Source: Proteobacteria bacterium UBA4457 (GTDB lineage Bacteria; Pseudomonadota; Gammaproteobacteria; Ga0077536). From it: a stretch of 55,505 nucleotides of DNA. The DNA is taken from NCBI GenBank assembly GCA_002390205.1, contig DGOV01000079.1, forward strand, positions 2,563-58,067, in the 5' to 3' direction. Shown here in pieces: positions 41,684 to 53,367 of this stretch. Below the pieces are notes generated by a model. It worked only from the letters and a program-made list of their open reading frames with translations. It was not told where the DNA came from and did not search any database. Position 1 is the stretch's first letter. Each line of letters starts with the position of its first letter. Made by a program: the position numbers and the translations under genes.

Positions 41684-43327
41684 TCAAGTGCTGTGAGAAT
41701 TTTCTATCATTCGAGTAATGCGCCATTGCTGAGCAATCGATAACAAGTTATTTACCAACCAATATAACACTAGGCCGGAAGGGAAAAAAGCAAAGAAACC
41801 TGTAAACACAAAAGGTAGGATTTTCATAACCTTAGCTTGTGTGGGGTCAATTGGAGCTGGGTTTAGCTTCTGTTGGAACCACATACTAACTCCCATAAGT
41901 AAGGGCAGGACATAAAACGGATCCATGCTCGACAAATCAGTGATCCACAAGATAAACGGAGCTTGTCTCATCTCGACACTTTCCAGTAACACCCAGTATA
42001 GCGCGATGAAAAAAGGTATCTGAACAAGCATAGGAAGACAACCGCCAAGGGGATTGATGCGCTCTTCTTTATAGAGCTTCATCATATCTTGGTTCAATTG
42101 AGCTTTATCATCTGAATGTCGCTCTTTTAAGGCCAAAAGCTTCGGTTGGACCCGTCTCATATTTGCCATTGATCTATAGCCGGCAGCTGCCAGAGGATAA
42201 AATAAAAGCTTAAGTAGAATAGTTAAAATAATGATAGCCCAGCCCCAGTTATGCAGCTTGTCATTAATAAAATTCAGAACAATGAATAAAGGTTTAGCTA
42301 TAAACCATAGCATTCCATAATCCACGGTTAATTGAAGCCCCGTGGCCAAAGGTTCAAGCAGGTCGTGCCTTTTAGGTCCGGCATAAAAGCTACTAAGCAA
42401 GGAACCTTGCTCGTTTGCCCCTATAGTTTTAGCTTGACTGTAAAACCCAACAGTAAATACGTCTGCTGTGTTTGTTTTGGAGTAATACTGATTCTCCGCT
42501 TCTTTCTCGGGTATCAATGCGGCAACAAAATAATGTTCCATTACTGCAATCCAAGACTCTTTCGCACTTACATTAATTGGTGCTTTTTCTAAGTCACCAT
42601 AGTCATACTTTTCGTATCTTTTTTCCGGAGTAGAAAGGGCGGCGCCACTGAATAGATATAACATTCCCTGTCTTGATGACTCTTTGTTCCGTTTCAATTG
42701 CGCATATTGATGAACTTTAATGCCGTCAGGTAACTTGTTGAATACTTTATATTCAATATCTATTAAGTAACTACCTCTTTTGAAAATATAGTTTTTTTGA
42801 ATAGTAATCCCTTGTTTATTCGTCCAATACAACGGAACAACTAATTCGTCTTCATCTCTAATAAATTTATAAGCGGTTCTCTCGAAAGAGTAGATGTCAT
42901 TGTGCGTAGGCAAACCCTTACTGCCGGCTAATCCCCCTTGATGAATAAAAGTGCGGCTTGATTTATTGGCCAACAGTTCCACTGCGTCGTCTGGTATCTT
43001 CGGATCAATCGGATAATCTTTCAAAGTGATGCTATTTAAAGTCCCCCCTTTACTTGAAATAACAACTGACAACAAATCAGTTTCTACTGTGATTTCGGAG
43101 TCTGTTTCGGATTCAAAAGACGGAATAGGTGAGTCTGACTTGGCCTGAAACTCTGGGTTTATGAAGGGCACAGAATCCTCTGCTTGCGAATTAAATTCTT
43201 GCAACTGGGGAGCGCCATTCACCGCCTGTGGTGACACATTTACCGTATAGTCTTCCTGCCATTTCTGGTAAATCAATAGCCCGAGGAAACTTACCGCTAG
43301 AATCAGAAAAAAACGCACATTTTCCAT
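41684..43327 (-). CDS. yidC: Membrane protein insertase YidC
   Basis: TM1 plus periplasmic domain, DYGMLWFI, NWGWAII, NPLGGCLP, GLVLYW. Confidence 0.97.
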   Translation of the reverse strand: MENVRFFLILAVSFLGLLIYQKWQEDYTVNVSPQAVNGAPQLQEFNSQAEDSVPFINPEFQAKSDSPIPSFESETDSEITVETDLLSVVISSKGGTLNSITLKDYPIDPKIPDDAVELLANKSSRTFIHQGGLAGSKGLPTHNDIYSFERTAYKFIRDEDELVVPLYWTNKQGITIQKNYIFKRGSYLIDIEYKVFNKLPDGIKVHQYAQLKRNKESSRQGMLYLFSGAALSTPEKRYEKYDYGDLEKAPINVSAKESWIAVMEHYFVAALIPEKEAENQYYSKTNTADVFTVGFYSQAKTIGANEQGSLLSSFYAGPKRHDLLEPLATGLQLTVDYGMLWFIAKPLFIVLNFINDKLHNWGWAIIILTILLKLLFYPLAAAGYRSMANMRRVQPKLLALKERHSDDKAQLNQDMMKLYKEERINPLGGCLPMLVQIPFFIALYWVLLESVEMRQAPFILWITDLSSMDPFYVLPLLMGVSMWFQQKLNPAPIDPTQAKVMKILPFVFTGFFAFFPSGLVLYWLVNNLLSIAQQWRITRMIENSHST

Positions 43328-43722
43328 TAGTTTTTACCCTGATTGTTCATAGTAATATTGCAAATCTTTTTTTTATCCAGAGAGTAAGCAACTGCACTTT
43401 TTATTGCCCCCAAGCCTTTCATATTTGAATTAGGCTTCACATTAAAGAAATAATCCGCCGGAGAAAGAAGAGAAGCATTACATCTGAATGCTTCTCGAAT
43501 TACTCTTTTAATTTTGTTGCGCACCGTTGCCTTGTTTGAAACGCGCTTACTAACCGACAGGCCTAAGCGAGGATACCCTAAATCATTGGCATAATAGTAA
43601 AGGTTAAATGCTTTCGTTTTTTGACATTGCCCTTTTCTCAAAATTCTTTTGAAGTCGTTGCCCGATGTCATTTTCATCTTCCGAAGAAAGACGTTATCGA
43701 AAGGAGGTTTTGGCATTAACAA
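43327..43722 (-). CDS. rnpA: Ribonuclease P protein component
   Basis: PRLGLSVSKR and RNR-like motif KATVRNKIKRVIRE; between rpmH and yidC; start 43722 or 43716. Confidence 0.9.
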   Translation of the reverse strand: MLMPKPPFDNVFLRKMKMTSGNDFKRILRKGQCQKTKAFNLYYYANDLGYPRLGLSVSKRVSNKATVRNKIKRVIREAFRCNASLLSPADYFFNVKPNSNMKGLGAIKSAVAYSLDKKKICNITMNNQGKN

Positions 43723-43728
43723 GGCTGC

Positions 43729-43863
43729 TTACGCTGTTAGCTGGTGCCGTCCCTTGGCTCGGCGTGCAGCAATTATTCGCCTACCGCCCTTAGTCTTCAT
43801 TCGCGCTCGGAACCCGTGTTTCTTGGAACGCTTTAAAGTGTTTGGTTGAAATGTATGTTTCAT
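43729..43863 (-). CDS. rpmH: 50S ribosomal protein L34
   Basis: Below the ORF-track cutoff. Hand translation: [44 protein letters not shown]. Confidence 0.97.
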   Translation of the reverse strand: MKHTFQPNTLKRSKKHGFRARMKTKGGRRIIAARRAKGRHQLTA

Positions 43864-43891
43864 CTTTAATTAAATCCATAAAAGGGCGCGA

Positions 43892-43921
43892 ATAGTAGTC
43901 AGAAAGAGGCCTAAATGTCAA
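43892..43921 (-). promoter_or_regulatory. Sigma70 promoter of rpmH-rnpA-yidC
   Basis: TTGACA (43921-43916), 18-bp spacer, TACTAT (43897-43892), then GC-rich TCGCGCCC. Confidence 0.75.
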
Positions 43922-43953
43922 ATATAAGAAAGAGCTTTAGTTACCCTCCTGCT

Positions 43954-43962
43954 TGTGGATAA
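43954..43962 (-). promoter_or_regulatory. DnaA box in the dnaA promoter region
   Basis: TGTGGATAA is the reverse complement of perfect TTATCCACA, about 70 bp upstream of dnaA. Confidence 0.85.
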
Positions 43963-44032
43963 GTTTAAGGAACGCGTATACACTCAAAGCCTTAGAGAGA
44001 TGAACTTCGTGATTTCTGGGTAAAAAACTACA

Positions 44033-45379
44033 GTGACAAATGAACTTTGGGATAAATGTTTAATACAGCTAGAGAAAGAACTGTCTTCACAGCAGTTTAA
44101 TACATGGATATGCCCTTTACAGACAGAGATACGTGATCAAACCCTTGAGCTATTTGCGCCTAACCGCTTCGTTTACGATTGGGTTCAAAATAACCATCTC
44201 AATCAGATAAAAGCGATTGTTTCCTCTATTTCCAACGCAACTATAACTATATCGCTTAATGTTGGTAGCAGCACTCAGAAAAACTCGGCTTTACCTATTG
44301 AATTCACTGACACCAGCGTAACCGATAAACCTAAGCAGATTAAAACAGCAAACCGCAGCCGCGGCTTAAGGAACGAACTAAGTTTCGATTCTTTTGTTGA
44401 AGGAAAGTCTAACCAACTGGCTAGGGCAGCCTCCTTACAGGTTGCGAGCAATCCCGGGAAAGCATACAACCCGCTATTTATTTGCGGGGGTGTCGGTCTA
44501 GGAAAGACACACCTAATGCATGCTGTGGGAAACTTAATTAAATCAAATACAAAGAAGCCGCTCACTGCTGTTTATCTGCATTCGGAAAGGTTTGTAGCAG
44601 ACATGGTTAAGGCCTTACAACATAACAAAATTAACGAATTTAAGAGATACTATCGTTCAGTAGATGCTTTATTGATTGATGATATTCAGTTTTTCTCAGG
44701 AAAAGAACGCTCGCAAGAGGAGTTTTTCCATACCTTTAATGCCTTGCTTGAAGGAGACCAGCAAATAGTACTTACCTGCGATAGATACCCTAGAGAAGTT
44801 GATGGGGTAGAAGAGCGACTTAAATCAAGATTTGGCTGGGGTTTAACTGTGGCAGTTGAACCTCCTGAATTAGAGACTCGTGTTGCAATTCTCATGAAAA
44901 AAGCTCAATTAGGCAATATTAACCTTCCTCACGAAGTTGCGTTTTTTATAGGGAAACGTTTTAGATCTAATATAAGAGAGTTAGAAGGTGCGCTTCACAG
45001 AGTGATAGCGAATGCTCACTTTACTGGAAACCCAATTAATATAGACTTCGCAAAAGAAGCTTTACGAGATCTTTTAGCGATGCAGGACAGACTAGTAACT
45101 ATGGAAAATATTCAGAAAACGGTAGCTGAATATTATAAAATAAGGGTGTCAGACCTGTTGTCTAAAAGAAGGAGTAGATCTATAGCCAGGCCTCGTCAAA
45201 TGGCCATGACTTTGTCAAAGGATCTTACTAGTCATAGCCTACCTGAAATAGGCGATGCATTTGGCGGCAGAGATCATAGTACAGTAATTCACGCAAACAA
45301 AAAAATTGCTGAGTTACGTCTTCTTGATAATAAGATTAAAGAAGATTATAGCAACTTAGAAAGAACACTAACTTCATGA
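44033..45379 (+). CDS. dnaA: Chromosomal replication initiator DnaA
   Basis: [48 protein letters not shown]. Confidence 0.99.
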   Translation: MTNELWDKCLIQLEKELSSQQFNTWICPLQTEIRDQTLELFAPNRFVYDWVQNNHLNQIKAIVSSISNATITISLNVGSSTQKNSALPIEFTDTSVTDKPKQIKTANRSRGLRNELSFDSFVEGKSNQLARAASLQVASNPGKAYNPLFICGGVGLGKTHLMHAVGNLIKSNTKKPLTAVYLHSERFVADMVKALQHNKINEFKRYYRSVDALLIDDIQFFSGKERSQEEFFHTFNALLEGDQQIVLTCDRYPREVDGVEERLKSRFGWGLTVAVEPPELETRVAILMKKAQLGNINLPHEVAFFIGKRFRSNIRELEGALHRVIANAHFTGNPINIDFAKEALRDLLAMQDRLVTMENIQKTVAEYYKIRVSDLLSKRRSRSIARPRQMAMTLSKDLTSHSLPEIGDAFGGRDHSTVIHANKKIAELRLLDNKIKEDYSNLERTLTS

Positions 45380-45555
45380 GGATAACTTGTTATAAAAAGG
45401 GAATATAAGCGAAAGGATTGAAAAGCAGTTTTTTTATCCTCAGGTTATACACATAATTCGGGGATTACTCACAGCCTAAGATCAAATCTAAGCTATTGAT
45501 ATATAGGTGTTAAAAACTTATCCCCGCTAAACTGACCCCTAATAACAATAATAAT
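45377..45555. other. Replication origin oriC (dnaA-dnaN intergenic)
   Basis: DnaA boxes TGAGGATAA 45377-85, TTATCCTCA 45434-42, TTATACACA 45445-53, TTACTCACA 45465-73, TTATCCCCG 45518-26. IHF consensus TAAGCTATTGATA 45489-501. CCCC followed by TAATAACAATAATAAT trio-like run 45536-55. Dominant gene orientation flips in this neighbourhood. Confidence 0.85.
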
Positions 45556-46659
45556 ATGAAAATACAGATCTCTAAAGATATATTATTACCAATACTCCAA
45601 GCGAGTAATTCGTTTGTCGAGAGGAAGCAAAGCCAATCCATTTTAGCCAACCTTTTATTTGTGGCGGAACCAGAGTGCTTGCGGATAACAGCAACCGATC
45701 TAGAAGTGGAATTAGTCAGTGAGTTCGGTTATTCGGCTCTAGAAATTGGAAGTATGGTTTTACCGGCTAGGAAATTACTAGAGATCTGTAAAGCACTTCC
45801 GAACGACGCTGACATTCTTATTGAAGACTTTAAAAATCAAGCAAAACTAACTTCTGGTCGCAGTAAATTCATGCTCATGAAACTACCAGTAAAAGAATAC
45901 CCGGCAACCAGTGAAATCAGTCCTACTTTAAAATTCAATATGCAAAAAAAGGTTCTAACCGAGTTATTTGAAGAAACTACTTTTTCTATGGCGTCCCAGG
46001 ATGTCCGCTATTACTTAAACGGATTATTGCTTGAGTTCAATGCAAAGCAAATAAGAGCTGTAGCTACTGATGGTCATCGGTTGGCGTTGAGTGAGAAGGA
46101 AGCTGAAATAGAAATCACAGAAGATCTGTCTGTAATTGTCCCTAGAAAGGGAATCTTGGAATTACTTCGTCTTCTACAAAACAAAGAAGAAGACGAGCTA
46201 GAGGTGCGGATTAATAAAAGCCATTTAAGCGTAAACATTGGTTCTCAACGAATGAAAACCAAACTGTTAGAAGGTGATTTTCCTGATTATAAGCGTGTGA
46301 TTCCTCCAGATGCGGGAGATTTCATCCTTGCCGATAGAAATAACCTAAAAGGAGTGCTGACAAGAACGTCTATACTCTCAAATGAGAAATTTCGAGGTAT
46401 TAGACTGAATTTGACTAAAAATTCTATTGTGGCCGTTGCCCATAATCCAGAAAAAGAAGAGGCAGAAGAGGAGCTTTCAATAGAATACGATGGAGGGGAA
46501 TTGGAGGTTGGTTTTAATGTGGCCTATCTGCTCGACGTTCTGGGTATTATACGATCTGATATAGTGAGGTTGGATATTATCGATGCGAACCATAGCTGTC
46601 TAGTCCGCGATCCTGAAAGTCTTAAAACACAATACGTGGTAATGCCGATGCGACTTTAG
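45556..46659 (+). CDS. dnaN: DNA polymerase III beta clamp
   Basis: ATDLEVE, QDVRYYLNG, ATDGHRLA, FPDYKRVIP, VVMPMRL. Confidence 0.98.
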   Translation: MKIQISKDILLPILQASNSFVERKQSQSILANLLFVAEPECLRITATDLEVELVSEFGYSALEIGSMVLPARKLLEICKALPNDADILIEDFKNQAKLTSGRSKFMLMKLPVKEYPATSEISPTLKFNMQKKVLTELFEETTFSMASQDVRYYLNGLLLEFNAKQIRAVATDGHRLALSEKEAEIEITEDLSVIVPRKGILELLRLLQNKEEDELEVRINKSHLSVNIGSQRMKTKLLEGDFPDYKRVIPPDAGDFILADRNNLKGVLTRTSILSNEKFRGIRLNLTKNSIVAVAHNPEKEEAEEELSIEYDGGELEVGFNVAYLLDVLGIIRSDIVRLDIIDANHSCLVRDPESLKTQYVVMPMRL

Positions 46660-46672
46660 TCGAAGCTATAAG

Positions 46673-47737
46673 ATGCGATTTAAGCAAGTAACAGTGAATA
46701 ATTTACGTTGTTTTGAGCAAATAGAGCTGACGTTAGGACCTAAGGCGAGTTTAATTTGGGGGGGGAACGGAACAGGCAAAACTACGCTGCTAGAAGCCCT
46801 TAGCCTAGCGGCGTTAGGGAAATCCTTTATTTCCAACAAAACGCAAGATATCGTAAAAAAAGGTGCCCCAGGAGTATCTGTTAAAGCAATTATTGAAGAC
46901 GAAGATTTAGACGAGTCGACAATTATTGTTCGCAAAACAAAAAAAGCTACGGAGATTCTAATTGATCATCAGGTGTGTAAAAAAGCGTCTCTTTTGGCTC
47001 AAAAAATACCTATCGTAATCGTTAATTCAAGAGCAGCAAATCTATTAACGGAAGGTCCTAGCAACCGCAGAGCTTTAATAGATAGAACAATGTTCCACGT
47101 GGAACCAGAATATGTGACCACGTGGAAAGCTTATAGTAGGGCATTGCGCCAGAGGAATGAAGCTTTAAGAAACGGGCGCTTTGGGAAACTCCACGGGGAA
47201 TGGGATGAGTTGTTGGTGGAGCTGGGAAGTAGTATTGACCGCAGCCGCCAAGAGATAATTTCTCAAATAAATAAGTCCTTAGCTGGAGACGCCCTAAAAG
47301 AAGTGTTTGGTCCGTTAATATTAAAATATTTTCCAGGGTGGTCGAAAGAAACAGGTTATCGAGCTCATCTGAGTGCGTCGAGAGAAAGAGACTTGAGTTT
47401 AGGGTATACCTCAGTAGGGGTTCACCGTGCAGATGTATCGTTTCACACTCCAAATGGACCGATAGCGCCGGAGTTGTCGCGAGGGCAGGCTAAATTCTTA
47501 GTGTGTGGAGTTTTGTTGTCATTAGCGGATTTTATTGCAAGTAAAACAGCAAAAAATCCGGTAATATTGGTAGACGATTTAGCGGCTGAGCTTGATGATA
47601 GATTAATACAGCTAGCCATGGAAGGCTTTGGAAAACAAAAAGGGCAAACTGTTTTTACGGCGATACGAGAAGGAGAGCTCTTAAGCTTTTCTCCTCGCAT
47701 AGAAACAGTGTTTCACGTGGAACTACATCACAAATGA
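46673..47737 (+). CDS. recF: DNA repair protein RecF
   Basis: GGNGTGKTTLLEA, GPSNRR, QRN, SRGQAK, LVDDLAAELD. Confidence 0.95.
   Translation: MRFKQVTVNNLRCFEQIELTLGPKASLIWGGNGTGKTTLLEALSLAALGKSFISNKTQDIVKKGAPGVSVKAIIEDEDLDESTIIVRKTKKATEILIDHQVCKKASLLAQKIPIVIVNSRAANLLTEGPSNRRALIDRTMFHVEPEYVTTWKAYSRALRQRNEALRNGRFGKLHGEWDELLVELGSSIDRSRQEIISQINKSLAGDALKEVFGPLILKYFPGWSKETGYRAHLSASRERDLSLGYTSVGVHRADVSFHTPNGPIAPELSRGQAKFLVCGVLLSLADFIASKTAKNPVILVDDLAAELDDRLIQLAMEGFGKQKGQTVFTAIREGELLSFSPRIETVFHVELHHK
47091..47106. other. parS centromere-like site within recF
   Basis: TGTTCCACGTGGAACC, palindrome matching parS consensus TGTTNCACGTGNAACA. Confidence 0.9.
47709..47724. other. parS centromere-like site at the 3' end of recF
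   Basis: TGTTTCACGTGGAACT. Confidence 0.88.
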
Positions 47738-47749
47738 TGTTCAGACTAA

Positions 47750-50158
<2,409 letters not shown>

Positions 50159-50313
50159 GTCCTTAATAAAAGTGGCTACTTACTTTTTTAGTTTGGCGGA
50201 CGGCATTAAAAATAGTGATGGCTCGTCGGTACAGTTTTTGGTAACCTGATTTCTTTACAAACATAAGCAGCCATTAATATGTTGGCTTGCTATAGTGAAG
50301 GAGTTCTATCCAA

Positions 50314-51306
50314 ATGTCCGCAGTTCTGAATACGGTTAAGCACAAACCCTCCGCTTTAAAAAGAGAGTGGTCTCGGGCTGAGGTGCAAGAACTTTTTGCC
50401 CTACCATTCAATGACTTGGTTTTTAAGGCTCAAACGACACACCGAGAGTTCTTTGATCCGAACGAAATTCAGTTAAGCACATTAATGAATATAAAAAGTG
50501 GAAAGTGCCCTGAAGATTGCGCTTACTGTCCTCAAAGTGCACGATTTAACACTGATGTCGACGTCACTCCTGTGCTCGACCTTGACACTGTTTTAGCGTC
50601 TGCAGTGGCGGCAAAAGCTGCAGGGGCGACCCGCTTTTGCATGGGGGCGGCTTGGCGTAGCCCTAAAGATAAGGACTTAGATGCGGTCATCCCCTTGATT
50701 GAAGGCGTTAGAGGCTTAGGTCTCGAGACTTGTGTGACATTAGGAATGCTTGATGCGATGCAAGCAAAAAGGCTGGCCAACGCCGGTTTGGACTATTACA
50801 ACCATAATCTGGATACCTCTCCTGAATTCTACGGCAAGGTGATTACAACAAGGACCTACCAAGATAGGCTTGATACATTAGAGAACGTTAGAGACGCGAA
50901 CATTAATGTTTGTTGTGGTGGAATTGTTGGCTTGGGCGAAAGCGTTGAAGACCGAGCAGAGCTTCTGCGGCAACTTGCGAACCTTTCTGTGCCCCCAGAA
51001 TCAGTACCTATAAATCTTCTTGTTAAGGTTGAGGGGACACCGCTTGCAAACGCCACTGAGGTACATCCCTTGGATTTTGTTAAAACAATAGCTGTTGCCA
51101 GGATATTAATGCCGTCTTCTTTTGTAAGATTATCTGCTGGTAGAACGAATATGACTGACGAGACTCAAGCATTGTCGTTTTTTGCCGGTGCAAATTCCAT
51201 TTTTTATGGTGATGAGTTGTTAACGACAGACAACCCATTAGTAGCTGCGGATAACAAGCTATTTCAAACATTAGGACTCAAGGCGTCGGCAAACACGCAT
51301 AGTTGA
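50314..51306 (+). CDS. bioB: Biotin synthase
   Basis: Radical [39 protein letters not shown]. Confidence 0.97.
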   Translation: MSAVLNTVKHKPSALKREWSRAEVQELFALPFNDLVFKAQTTHREFFDPNEIQLSTLMNIKSGKCPEDCAYCPQSARFNTDVDVTPVLDLDTVLASAVAAKAAGATRFCMGAAWRSPKDKDLDAVIPLIEGVRGLGLETCVTLGMLDAMQAKRLANAGLDYYNHNLDTSPEFYGKVITTRTYQDRLDTLENVRDANINVCCGGIVGLGESVEDRAELLRQLANLSVPPESVPINLLVKVEGTPLANATEVHPLDFVKTIAVARILMPSSFVRLSAGRTNMTDETQALSFFAGANSIFYGDELLTTDNPLVAADNKLFQTLGLKASANTHS

Positions 51307-51319
51307 TTTTAAAATCCAC

Positions 51320-52486
51320 GTGAGAGATAGGTTCCTTAACCGAGTGCAATCTCAAATAGAAGACGCCCGTGCTCGTCTTTTGCTAAGAGAGCTGGATTGT
51401 CGGCAATCTATGCAAGCGTCAGAAACAATCATAAATCATCAACAAGTCGTCAACTTCACTAGCAATGATTATTTAGGGTTGGCTTCGGATTCTTGCGTTA
51501 TTGATCGTGTTAGCCGGGAATTGCCTGTTTACGGTTTTGGTTCAGGATCTGCCGCCTTGTTGTCTGGTCGTTCTTCCCTACATGAAGAATTGGAGGTTAG
51601 ACTGGCAGCATTCGTAGGTGCAGAATCCGCGCTTTTGTTTTCGTCTGGGTACATGGCAAACTTAGGAGCGATTCAGGCACTTACGGCTTCTAAGGATATG
51701 ATTTTTCATGATAAATTAAATCATGCCTCACTCATCGATGCTGTTATAGCGAGCGGTGCAAAGCACAAGCGTTATCCGCATTGCTCGATTCCAAAGATTC
51801 CCGAAATGGACAAGAATACTGACGGAGTTACATTCCTTCTGTCTGAGTCAGTCTTTAGTATGGATGGAGATGTCGCAGATCTTGATGTCCTCTCGAAAAG
51901 AGTCAGTTCCATTAATGGGGTTTTTTATATTGATGATGCCCACGGTTTTGGGGTGATCGGGCAAGGCAAGGGGGCTGGGGGAATCATAGAGTATCGCGCC
52001 AAAGGCTCAATGATCATCGGAATGGTCGCTTTTGGGAAATCGCTAGGTTCTTTGGGGGCCGCTATTGTGGGGCCGAAAGAGGTCATTAACTTGCTTGTGC
52101 AAAAAGCTAGAACTTTTATTTATGATACGGCATTGCCCCCCGTTTGCTGTGCCGCCGCATTGGCTGCTCTAGACGTCATAGCGAATAAATCTGAGCTTCG
52201 TAACAAGCTATACGCAAATATCGAGTATTTTCGTTTTCTGGCAAAGGCCTCTAATGTTCCGGTTATGAATAGCGAAACGCCAATACAGCCGATTTTAATT
52301 GGTGACGAATTTGTTGCACTTCAAGTCGCTGAGCAGCTTTTAGTCGATGGCTTTTACGTCAAGGCGATACGTTTTCCTACGGTACCGAAAGGGACTGCCC
52401 GAATTCGCGTTACTCTCACGGCGGCGCATAGCAGGGAACATATTGCCTTGTTATGCGAGAAATTAAAGGCTGTTTTTGAAAGATGA
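51320..52486 (+). CDS. bioF: 8-amino-7-oxononanoate synthase
   Basis: SNDYLGL, SGYMANL, LNHASL, SMDGD, DDAHG, FGKSLG, PTVP. Confidence 0.94.
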   Translation: MRDRFLNRVQSQIEDARARLLLRELDCRQSMQASETIINHQQVVNFTSNDYLGLASDSCVIDRVSRELPVYGFGSGSAALLSGRSSLHEELEVRLAAFVGAESALLFSSGYMANLGAIQALTASKDMIFHDKLNHASLIDAVIASGAKHKRYPHCSIPKIPEMDKNTDGVTFLLSESVFSMDGDVADLDVLSKRVSSINGVFYIDDAHGFGVIGQGKGAGGIIEYRAKGSMIIGMVAFGKSLGSLGAAIVGPKEVINLLVQKARTFIYDTALPPVCCAAALAALDVIANKSELRNKLYANIEYFRFLAKASNVPVMNSETPIQPILIGDEFVALQVAEQLLVDGFYVKAIRFPTVPKGTARIRVTLTAAHSREHIALLCEKLKAVFER

Positions 52487-53367
52487 CGACCTTAGAGACT
52501 AATAAAATAGATAAGCTGGCTATGAAGGCACGCTTTAATCGTGCCGCAGTGACTTATAGCCAACATGATTTCCTTCAGAAAGAAGTTGTTTTAAGAACCC
52601 TTCAGCAGCTGGATTACCTTCGGATAACTCCTGGAAATATTATTGATCTTGGATCTGGAATAGGAACGGGCTCTAGGGCGCTGATTAAGAAATTTAAAAA
52701 AGCCCATATTTTTCAATTAGATATAGCGATTTCTATGCTTAATTATGCAAGGTCTCAAACCAAACTTCCAAATCGCTGGTTTCAAAAAAAGCGGATGATC
52801 TGCGGGGATATTGAGAACTTACCCATAGCTGATAGGTCTTTCGACTTGGCTTTTTCTAGTTTGGCCCTCCAGTGGGGGATGCAGCCCGACCTTTGCTTTC
52901 GAGAGATACGCCGAGTAATGAATCCTGGAGGTCTTTTCTTGTTTTCTACTTTGGGGCCAGACACTTTGCGAGAGTTGCGGCAGTCTTTTGCAGTTATTTC
53001 AGATACCCCGCATGTTAATGGCTTTCTGGATATACATGATGTGGGGAACCTTTTGTCATCGAACGGTTTTAGTGATCCTGTGCTAGAAGCGGATCGAATA
53101 ACGGTTGAGTATAATGACTTGCGAAGTTTAATGAGGGATTTGAAAGGGATAGGTGCATCTAATGTGTCCCAGCAGAGAAGCCGAGGACTTCTGGGCAAAC
53201 AAAAATTGGTAAAATTAGAGAAGGAGTATGAGTTGTTTAGACGCGAAGATAAGCTTCCTGCTACCTATGAAGTAATAATCGGTCACGCTTGGGCCTTAGA
53301 TAATTCGCGAGGCAATGGACAGCAAGAGCATACTTTTCCTCTAGATAAATTAAGGCGCCGTCGGTGA
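52483..53367 (+). CDS. bioC: Malonyl-ACP O-methyltransferase
   Basis: FNRAAVTY, DLGSGIG, SSLALQW, STLGPDTL, HVNGF, LKGIGA, ATYEVI. Confidence 0.93.
   Translation: MTTLETNKIDKLAMKARFNRAAVTYSQHDFLQKEVVLRTLQQLDYLRITPGNIIDLGSGIGTGSRALIKKFKKAHIFQLDIAISMLNYARSQTKLPNRWFQKKRMICGDIENLPIADRSFDLAFSSLALQWGMQPDLCFREIRRVMNPGGLFLFSTLGPDTLRELRQSFAVISDTPHVNGFLDIHDVGNLLSSNGFSDPVLEADRITVEYNDLRSLMRDLKGIGASNVSQQRSRGLLGKQKLVKLEKEYELFRREDKLPATYEVIIGHAWALDNSRGNGQQEHTFPLDKLRRRR

Noticed and set aside
47187-47202. AACTCCACGGGGAATG as another parS
   Set aside because: Central CACGTG is broken and both flanks mismatch.
50237-50261. BirA operator upstream of bioB (TTTGGTAAC-N7-CTTTACAAA)
   Set aside because: Arms match only 6 of 9 and the spacer is far shorter than the roughly 15 bp of known BirA operators.
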